Source of the DNA: the human T2T-CHM13v2.0 reference genome, Homo sapiens
Reading direction: 5' to 3' (one strand)
Assembly: GCF_009914755.1 (NCBI RefSeq)
Contig: NC_060935.1
Length of the DNA stretch: 64,000 bases
This document shows positions 52,815-64,000 of this stretch, piece by piece (positions within the stretch are counted from its first letter, which is position 1; each line of letters starts with the position of its first letter). The notes below the pieces were generated by a model. The model worked only from the letters and a program-made list of their open reading frames with translations, ran no database searches and was not told where the DNA came from. The position numbers were made by a program, and so were the translations under genes.

Positions 52815-54884
52815 ACTATTCTCTATACATTCTTCTTATTTAGGTCCACTTCACTATTGTCTGTTTCAGATTGTAAAATTGCTGAGTAGAACAGTAATGT
52901 AATATACTCTCTATGAACTATTCCCAGCTAGGAAGCATCAATCTTTAGACAGTTCATAAAGAGGATGAAGAGGAAGATGACAATGACAATAACCAGGAGA
53001 GTGGACATGGGATTCCATAAGGGATGGGAAGAATGGCTGGAATTTTGCTACCTTGTGTATTAATAATTTAAGGCAGCATGGTATAGAGAAAAAAGCCTGG
53101 TCTTTTGAGTGTGAGATAGATATGGCTTCTCATCTTATTTCTCTTCATCATGTGGCCACAGTATAGGGTTTACTCCATGGATTTACAAGGTCAAGATACA
53201 CTTCTAACAGATAGGAACTATATCCATGCCTCAATATTTAAACTATGGATAGATTTATAAACTTCACCTTGGAAAGTCTCAGAAGTATTCTCCAAGCAAG
53301 CTAAAAAAAAAAAAAAAAAAAAAAGCAAATGGCAGCTGACTTAATGGAAAAATATAACAAAACAATAACCTGGAGACAATATCTAGGAGGGAACAATTCT
53401 GGGACAGCATTTCTTTTTTCCCCACCTGACTTCAGAGAGGTGGCAAGTATTCACTGGGAGGCATCACTTTAAGCCAGGTACAAAAACAGGCTCCAACTAC
53501 AAAAAGTGCGTTTTCCTAACAAAAGTATTCCAAGCAACCTCCCTGTACACGGCACATTTTCTGAAAATCAATCAAGCCCTCTCATTCAGCTGAAGTCCAA
53601 TCGCATTGTCTGTCCCTTCCTCCAGAAGCCGATTTCTGCCAGGTAGAAAATTAAGTTTCCTTTACTCTTCTTTCAGACACAATGCTTCAGCATCGCAGAA
53701 CTGTTGTTCTGTGTGGGAAACCGACTTCCTGTCTCAATAAACAAGCGCACACAGGCTTTTCTGGACACATAATGGAGCCTTTTTTATTTTATACAAAAAT
53801 CATTCCACACTTAACACATCAATGAAGCCACTTAAGCTCTACTGCATCTGAATTAAAGAGGAATTGTGTGATCAAAGGGTGTGAAAAGAACCACACAGGG
53901 TGTTCTTCAGATCCTCTACTTTTGTTACATTTGATACATAACAAACCCAATAAATATGCTTATCCCAGGAGCTAGTTTCATTATCTCATACCCTTAAGCC
54001 TGGCGAAAGTATGTCTGTACTGCCCTTCGTTCCACAGTGTCCATTTTATACTGACAGTTTTGGTGAAAAAGTGAAAATTATTTGGCATGTGGGTGAGATT
54101 GGGGGAATGAAGTGGCTTTCCCTTTAGGTTTTGTTTGTTTCTGTTTCACTAACTATAAATGCATATTTATATGTTTATGTGTGTGTATAAATATATATCT
54201 ACATGTATCTATCTATATACACACCCAAAAGAACTATATATAAAAATATGTAATATATATATTACAGATATAAAAGCATGTACATTTCTCAAGTTAATAT
54301 TACACATAAAATGATAACACGGGAAATTTCTTTTTCTTACCAAATATTTGAATATAAAGCAAAAAAGACATGATGAAAATTCTCCAGTGCCTAGAATTGA
54401 ATAGGTGAATAGGACATACTATAATCCTTTTATACCTTTTCATGCTATGAACATAGCTTCTGTGAAGGTTACTAGGTATTTAACATTAGCTGTATTTTTT
54501 TAGTATCATGCATTGTAGGAGATTTGGAAAATTCCTAGAGAGTTCAGGCATCCTCATAAGCCACATATCACAACTACAAATATATTAAAGTGCATTTTGT
54601 GAATAATAATTCAAATACCATAAAGATGTGTCTTCCATGCAGTTGAAAAAAGGCATGAAATGCAAAATATGCAGTCAACGAATTAAAGTTGATTGAACAT
54701 GTTATTTCAATTTATGCAATCCAATCAATATTGAATTGAGATTTATTCCTTTAGCTATCATTTGTATAGCTCTAGTGAATTGTTGAACAAGAACCCAAAA
54801 TTGTTTAGATAGAAATCCTATCAATGAAGAAGTTCACATTGCAATTAGTTCAAATATAATCTGTGGAATGCCAATTATGAGTTA

Positions 54885-55395
54885 GCCAGTATTCTAGGTA
54901 CAGAGGAGTCAAAGATTAAAAAGGCATGTCTCCTACTGTACTCATAGTCCAGTAAGAAAGAGACAACTGCAGACAAAGGTCCCCGTGCAAAGTGTGATGG
55001 TAACTTTCATGAGGTGCCCTATTGGAGTGTGGTGGAAGAAACAACTAATTTAGTATAGAGAAGTCAGCAATGACTTCCCCAAAGGAGTTTATATTTGAGC
55101 ATGGTTTTAAAAATGGATGCAAAGATTAGAAGTTTATCAGACAGACAAATTGGAAGAAAAATATTAGGTAGAATGCAAAGAAGCCAAGGCATGCTTGAAA
55201 ACATGAAAAAGCATCACGGGCTCTTAAATTGGTGCATAGTCTGTATGATTGGATTGTCGAGTTTATAAAGTGAAGAGAAGCTGCAGATGAGGCTGGGACG
55301 ACAGGCGTGATTAAAGCATCCAAACTGTACTCTTGTAAGTAACCAGGAACCAAGTAAGATCTTAACAGATCAGAGTGATTTGAATTAGATGTTCT
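54885..55395 (-). mobile_element. L2 fragment
   Basis: agccagtattctaggtacag...ctcatagtccagt...agagaagtcagcaatgacttcccc...atttgagc. Confidence 0.55.
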
Positions 55396-56389
55396 ATTTT
55401 GTGTCTAGATACAGTGAGGTGTCCATACTAATCAACCCTTTGAATAATTATTCAGATCTGGTTGTATTGGTCTAAATAATTTAGCCAGTTGCATTTTTCT
55501 TTCTCAGTGCTCAGTTGTTTGGCATTGCATATGCCAGCCATGCAGATGACGGGCTGAAAGGTTTGGTTTACGTGCAGATGTTTTCAATGTTGTGTAGACA
55601 ATCACAAACACTGAAAGAAAAAATATTCCAAGGGGGTGAAAGTCCCTTTACCATGCTTTCCAAATACATCATCATTGATGGTATCACTAATAGCAATTCA
55701 GCTTTGTTTAAACACAGTTATTAATATCAGATGACCATCTGTTTTCCGCTACAGTATATATATCATACAAACCTTTCCATGGAGCCTATGGACTGTTCTC
55801 TATTGCATAGACAAATAAAGCTCAATAAATAACCATAAAAATAAAAACATATTGATGCAGTTGTACATTCTCTTCTTAATTCTGTGTGTGTATATACCCA
55901 AGGTCTAGACATACGCAATCTGGCTTTCTCTGTGAAAAAATAAATCAATAAGTGCTTTTCCCCCTTCACTAATCCTATCCTGAATTGCCTGTCAACTTCC
56001 ACTTACACTCACATAAAAAAATGATGTTTCATTTTGCTTTCGAATGATATACAGAGTCTCCTTTTTCCTTATTTTTATTTGGGGTTTATTTGTCCTTGAA
56101 TTGTATGGCTGCACTTGATGTCATGATTTAAATGTGGTCTAAGGTAAGATCTTTCACTCAACAGCCCATAGGAATTCGAAAATAATGAGAATGGAATTTT
56201 CTAGTAAACAAATGCTGACAAACATGCCACTTAGATGTAATAAGCACAGAAAAATCACATTCGTTGGCTACGAGGGAGAGAGCTCGGGAAACAGAAGAAA
56301 ATTTGTCCATGTTCATTTAAAAAATAATGTGACTCCACCATGAATTTTTCAAGATCTGAGCATGAAGAGGCCTGTACATTCGTTTAATT

Positions 56390-56820
56390 AACACATTTAA
56401 AGGATGAAGTGACAAATAGAAGGATTTTCAGAGGAAAACAATCAAGAAAGTGGAGGTATTAGAAGCTATATTTTATGAGGAGAAGTAGAAAGATCCAGGA
56501 AGCTTTCACCTAGAGAGAATCATCAATCACGGAAATCTCCACAGATGGGTCCCCAAACTCACTAAGTTATGTGGGATAAAAGGATTTCACTTACTGTGCA
56601 TATCTTTAAAAGGAAGCATGGCTGGAAGAAACAGAGATAAATATTGCTCCAATACAAGGAGAAACCTTCGAACACTCAGAGCCATCCGTATAATGGGTAA
56701 GCTGAGGAAGCAAAGGGTTTTGTATATACAGAAGTGTTCAAGCAGATGTTGGAGCACCATGAAGCAGGAATGCAGTAATTCAAGAATTAGAAGGGTTCTT
56801 AGGTTTCTAGAGATCCCAAG
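56390..56820 (+). mobile_element. L3/CR1-like ancient LINE fragment
   Basis: ttcagaggaaaacaatcaag...ttttatgaggagaag...cacctagagag...gaagtgttcaagcagatgttgg resembles the L3 3' region. Confidence 0.45.
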
Positions 56821-56895
56821 TTGTAATTCGAACTCATCTCAATCTACTGATTTTCCTTGGGTTCAGCCTATTATGAACTACAGTGCTTTCTCTCC

Positions 56896-57276
56896 TGCTA
56901 TGGTTGAATGTTTGTGTCCCCTCCAAAATTCTTATGTTGGAACTTAAGCCCTAAGGTGATATTATTAAGAAGTGGGACCTTCAGGAGGTAATTAGGTCAT
57001 GAGAGCTCTGTCTTCATGAATGGGATTAACAACTTTATGAAAAGGCTAGAGGAAATTAGCTAGGCTCTTTTTTCCTTTCTATCCCTTCTGCCTTGTGAAG
57101 AAACGGTGTTTGTCCTCTACAAAGGATGCAGCGTTCAAGGCAGCAGGACCTCACCAGACAGCAAACCTGTGGTGCCTGATCTTGGACTTCCTAGTCTGCA
57201 GAACTGTGAGAAACAAATTTCTGTTAATTACCTTCTCTCAGGCATTTTTTGACAGCATCTCAAGCAAACTAAGATG
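56896..57276 (+). mobile_element. MSTD-like MaLR solo LTR
   Basis: tgctatggttgaatgtttgtgtcccctccaaaatt...gatcttggacttcctagtctgcagaactgtgaga...aaactaagatg; TSD tctcc/tctct. Confidence 0.85.
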
Positions 57277-57565
57277 TCTCTTCAGCATCAGTCTGACTGC
57301 TGCCGCTCCTGATTTAGTCAAGCCTGAGTCAGACCTCAGTTCTGGACATCACAGTTATTTTAAAGTAACAGCCTTTTCCTAGATGATGATATTTGGTTGT
57401 TTTTGTTTTGATTTGTTTTTTTTCAGTCATAGCTAGTAATCTCACATCGACTTCTGACTGATGCTCTCATTTGAAGATTTGACTTTAGCATTCTTAATCT
57501 TGAACTCTATCATAGAGAGAAACAAAAAGAAAGACCTCAACCCTTCCTTGTACAGGGTCATTTCA

Positions 57566-57836
<271 letters not shown>

Positions 57837-57849
57837 AAAAGATTGGCAT

Positions 57850-57985
57850 CAAAAAGAGTTATAGAGATGAATGGTGGTGATGTTTGCACATTATGAATGT
57901 ATTTAGTACAACTGAATTGTACATTTAAAAATGGTTAAGGTAATAAATTTTATGTTATGTGTATTTTACAATTCAAAAATTAGAA
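57850..57985 (+). mobile_element. L1MB extreme 3' end
   Basis: gatgaatggtggtgatg...actgaattgtacatttaaaaatggttaag...ttttatgttatgtgtatttt. Confidence 0.75.
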
Positions 57986-58920
57986 GAGGAAATAAAAGGT
58001 ATAGTATGGGATTTTCGCATAGGCAATAATGCAGTTTATGATTTGAATTGGTCCATTCTTACTACTTTTCAAAGTGACCACTATTTTACTTGAGTGTTTT
58101 TCTTTCTAAAATCCTTGGGTCATTTTTACACATTTTAGTCTCATGCCATAAATCTGAAGCCAACCAAGACTGTATAGAGAATTGGGGAAACCTTCAAAGT
58201 TCTGGTGTCGCTCATTGATCTCTTGGGTAATTCAGTCCATTAACTAGTGGCTCATGTCATCTATAGACTATTACTCCCCTCAAGGCTCCTAGATTATTAA
58301 CCAATACTGGAAAAATGTTTTGGGGCCAGCTTACATGCCTCTCTGACTTGTCTGCTTTGGAATTTCCCTGTAAGTCCCTAGATTTTAGTACATGAGTTAT
58401 CTCCCAAAAACAAACTTCCTTGTCAAGAAAAGGAAGCTTAAACAGGCGTCAAACGCATTCATGACACTCAGCAGTTTGATGAATGGAGAGTAAATGAATC
58501 ATAGGCTTATGAATTACATGACTTTCTATGTACTCACATGTCTCAACAGGAAGGGGTGACAAGTTGGAAGCTTCATTCTTGATTCTTGAAAACCAAACTT
58601 ATCTGAACATGCCATCTGAGCCCGTTTAAGGTTAACATGTCCTTGTTTCTAATGCTGACTGCTACCTTTTGTGGCCTTTAATTACTAAAATCTTTACAAA
58701 TTTCTAGGAAATTCACATTGGGGCTGATGGGGGTGAAAAATAAATGACTTCTGAACGTCCTTTCAAGTCAAACAATCTATTATTCTTTTTTTTTTACTTA
58801 GGTAAGCCATACTGATTCCATAGAACAAGTCTGCTAGATCATAGCCTTACTACATGCAAGGGGAAAGCTCATTACCTGTTGGTAAAAGAAAAAGAAATCA
58901 AGCAAAGAGTTCTTTTTCTT

Positions 58921-59720
<800 letters not shown>

Positions 59721-60409
59721 ATTAGGTACTGGCTTTAGTTCACATTTGGTTTCTGCTGTTATTGCTGTATCTGAGCTTGAATGCTGTTAGCATCTGGTTT
59801 AGCCACATGTCCTCAAAGAGCGTGTTTTCCTTTCACCTGCGTGTTTCTCTTAAAAATAATTTATCCTACAGGAAATAGGAGGAGGAGAGGGAGTAGGTGG
59901 GGATTTACTACTTAGTCTTAAGCCCTGGTAGAAACATTTTGACTTTTTATTCCACAGTTCTCGTTCAACGTTGGTTCAGCCCTCTGCATTCCTGGGCCTC
60001 GGTTTCTCATCTGGCAATTGAGATCACTGTGCTCTGTCTCAGACGTGCTGTGCGTCATTTGGAGAAAAGTTGTTATTTGACTACAAATGCTCTCAAGTTC
60101 CTAATCAGATTGTATGAATAATTCACAGACAACATCATCCAGGGATAAATTATATTTGGAACTTTTATGTTGACCATTTCTCAAGCCAGACTGCTGTGAT
60201 TCATAACAACCTTTGGTGACGTTTTCTAAGAGGTAAAGAAAAGTAAACACAAAGAGTTCTTTTTAAAGATGAGGAAAGAATTAAGGAATAAAACAGTATC
60301 GGGGAACTGGAGGGACAGACCAAAAATACAGTGGGGGATTTTATATGTTTAAGAGTCATTAATACAAACAAAAAAAAGTCCAAATTATAGATACAGAGCA
60401 AGACTTTTT

Positions 60410-60880
60410 TAACACCTCCCACCCCAGTCCCTGGTTACCATCATTTCTATTCTCTGCATCTATGATTTCAACTCTTCTAGGTTCCATATATAAATGAGCA
60501 CATGTGGTGTTTGTCTTTCTGTGGCTGGATTATTTCACTTAGCATTATGCTCTCCAGGTTCATTCACATTGTTACAAATGACCGAATTTCCTTATTTTTA
60601 AAGGTTGAATAGTATTCCGTTGTGTATATGTACCGCATTTTCTTTATCCATTCATCCATTAATGGATACTTAAGTTGATGCCATAGCCTGGCTACAGTGA
60701 ATAATGCTGCAATAAACATGTGAGTGTAGCTATCTCTTTGACTTACTGATTTCACTTCCTTTGGATATATATCCAAAAGCAAAAATGCTGGATCATAGGG
60801 TAGTTTTATGTTTAATTTTCTGAGGAATCTCCATATTGTTTTCCACAATGGCTGTACTAATTTGCATTCCCACCAAGAGG
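60410..60880 (-). mobile_element. L1MA-family 3' fragment
   Basis: Minus ORF 60564-60848 'WKTIWRFLRKLNIKLPYDPA...MDEWIKKM' is the L1 ORF2 C-terminus. Confidence 0.9.
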
Positions 60881-60911
60881 AAGGCTTTTATTTGGGATCT
60901 GATACCATTAA

Positions 60912-61249
<338 letters not shown>

Positions 61250-61978
61250 CCATTAAATTTTAAACATTAAGCTGTGACAGATTTAGTAACATGGACAAGG
61301 ACCCGTAGCTTGTGCATGACTGAGCAGGGATTCGTAACTAAGTCTTTCTGGCTTCAGAGGTCTTCAAAATTCTGCCTTGGTGCCTCTACTCATTGCCTCA
61401 GTGATTGATTCTCAAATAAGGACACGGTTTGGGATAAGGGTACAAAGACTTTGCCATACATGGGATTTTGTAAACGGTATCTGGGAAGTGAAGTCAGTAA
61501 TTCTGGGGAAATCACAACTTTCCCAGGCCTTTCCACGGGGCATGAAAGCCACTACTTTAGTAAGATGTCCTGAGCATTGGTCTCCTGGTAAATCCATCTC
61601 AGCCCTGCAGTCACTTCCCATGGGCCCTAAGTACTGCAGGAAAAATCTGACTCATAGCAGCACTTCTTGTAACACATTCTGGCTTTGTGATTAAATTTTC
61701 CTTCTTTATTTTTTGAGTGTAGAAGCAGATAAAGAAGAGAAGAGATGAGTCTTATTCAGCTGATGTTTAAGAGAAGGTCCAATTATACCTCAAAAGAAGC
61801 ACTTGCATAATAAAAAAGATTATTCCCATTTTACAGAAAACCTGAAGAAGTCATATCAAGGACTTGTTTAACTATTTAGTAAGAGCTGTTATCAGAGCAA
61901 AAACAAAAATAGAAGGGCTGTTTAGATGGTGAGGAAAATTGTGCACATACAAAAGCCTAAGGGTTCTTTTCTTCTCTT

Positions 61979-62294
61979 ATTTATTTATTTATTTTATTTA
62001 TTTTTTTTCGAGATGGGGTCTCGCTCTGTCACCCAGGCTGGAGTGCAGTGGCATGATCTTGGTTCACTGCAACTTCTGCCTCAGGGTTCAAGCAATTCTC
62101 CTGTCTCAGCCTCCTGAGTAGCTGGGATTACAGGTGCCTGCCAGCACGCTTGGCTAATTTTTGTATTTTTAGTAGCGATGGGGTTTCACGATGTTGGCCA
62201 GGCTTGTCTCAAACCCTTGACCTCAAGTAATCTGTCCACCTTGGCCTCCCAAAGTGCTGGGATTACAGACGTGAGCCACTCACCATGCCCGGCC
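61979..62294 (-). mobile_element. AluSx-like
   Basis: Full reverse Alu; TSD tcttctctt at 61970-61978 and 62295-62303. Confidence 0.93.
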
Positions 62295-62321
62295 TCTTCT
62301 CTTTTTTTAAAAAAAAATTTT

Positions 62322-62632
<311 letters not shown>

Positions 62633-62634
62633 CA

Positions 62635-63056
62635 AAATTGTGGTAAAAGATGCATAGCATAAAATGTATCATCTTAACCATTTTTGAGTGTATGGTTCAG
62701 TAGCATTAAATACATTCCCATTGTTGTGCAACCATCACCACCATTCATCTCCAGAACTCTTTTCATTTTGCAAAACTGAAACTGAATCCCCATTAAACAC
62801 TAACTCCTCATTCCTTCCATCCCCGGTCCCTGGAACCCACCTTTGTACCTTCTGTCTTTGTGAATTTGACCACAGTAAGTACCTCCTATACGTGGACTCA
62901 TAGAGCATTTGTCTTTTTTGTAACTGGCTTATTTAACTTAGCATAATGTCTTCAAGATTCATGCATGTTGTAGCATATGTCAGAATTTCCTTCCTTTAAA
63001 AGGCTGAATGGTATTCCATTGTATGTATATACCACATTTCATTTGTCCATTCATTA
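62635..63056 (-). mobile_element. L1MB (L1MB3-like) 3' end
   Basis: catcttaaccattttt...cattgttgtgcaaccatcaccaccattcatctccagaactct...aggctgaatggtattccattgtatg; reverse of the element type at 36.4-37.3 kb. Confidence 0.88.
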
Positions 63057-63896
63057 GTTTCTTCTTTGTTGTAGTTCATCTGAAAAATGCTGGCAATCTG
63101 CATTTGAGTATTTGAATGTCAAATTGGCTTGAAGGAATAGAGGTGACAGATAATACATCCCTGTGTTTTTCCAAGTTTGTTTCTTTGTCTTTGTACTTAT
63201 CTGACAGCCATGGCAGAGAACTCCACCTACAAAAGTGTGAGTCAAGCTTCCTATCAGGCCTGATTGGGAAAAACCCTGTTCCTTGTATGGATCTCAAAAC
63301 TTTCCTTGTCAATCCCGCCACCCAATTCAGTATTTAACTGAGTTAACATGTAGCCACATGATACTAGCCATAATACTTTTTAGACATTATGCTCAAGCAT
63401 CAGATTCTGCTAAGGTTTACGGGCAGGTGGGAGAGAAGAGGAACTCCAGACCACCACATTCAGACTGTTGGGTCTTGCAAGACAGTGAAGGAGCATTTGC
63501 TGCTTTCATTACCCTTACTCCAGCCCATGCAGCTGTTTCAGTGACTTCCTGCCATTCTTCTCTCCAGACTCACTCCTCTCTCACAGAGCACACCAAATCC
63601 CCCCTTTTCCTTCATGCCTCAACTACATTAAGTCCTCTCTCATAGCCCTAAAAAAAGTGAAGCACAGTGAACCCAGTAAAATGCATGCTTTAGGTTTTGT
63701 CTGTCTCTTACATTCAAAGTAAGTATTAGAAATAAATTTGACTTTTCTACACCAAGGTGAATTGCCCTCAAGTTCCTAAAAACAGCTGTTTTTTTTCACC
63801 TCTGTTCGACTTAATACTACAAGAACAGAGTCGGTTTCACCAAAGTTAGGATACATTGTTCCAATGGATGATCCTCCTGTATGCTAAAACAAGTCT

Positions 63897-64000
63897 CTTT
63901 TATTAATTTTAATTTGTATGGGTACATAATAGGTGTAAATATATTTATGGGTTACATGAGATATTTTGAAACAGGCATGCAATGCATAATAATCACATCA
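63897..64000 (-). mobile_element. L1MA2/3-like 3' end, continuing beyond the window
   Basis: gggtacataataggtgta...acatgagatattttgaaacaggcatgcaatgcataataatcacatca. Confidence 0.8.

Noticed and set aside
53303-53324. Isolated poly(A) run flanked by aagcaa-like words, a possible solo poly(A) retroposition
   Set aside because: The putative TSD is too short and A-rich to distinguish from a simple mononucleotide expansion.

Overview
This is AT-rich, CpG-poor simian-primate (human-like) genomic DNA, judged from AluY/AluS, L1PA5-like and MLT2A/HERV-L content. It is intergenic or deep intronic, and I can support no cellular protein-coding gene. Repeat families were recognised by eye from remembered consensus sequences, so subfamily labels are provisional. 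The centrepiece is a near full-length, env-less HERV-L provirus (20401-32161) with a perfect ATCTT target-site duplication, a tRNA-Leu PBS, disrupted gag/pro/RT/RNaseH/IN/dUTPase and a PPT. Its 5' LTR is 438 bp, but its 3' LTR is about 5.65 kb. The short (TA)n tract just after the LTR poly(A) signal has been replaced by a ~5.2 kb hierarchical AT-rich array, built from direct and inverted copies of the LTR's own junction sequences around a fold-back palindrome. The twin 5' LTR serves as an internal reference for the unexpanded state. A second (TA)n tract at 18.8-19.4 kb has captured inverted copies of nearby unique DNA, which looks like an earlier stage of the same process. Smaller templated-insertion scars occur at 4077, 21852 and 52689. 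The very long Y/I/T/H ORFs at 27-31 kb are repeat artefacts.
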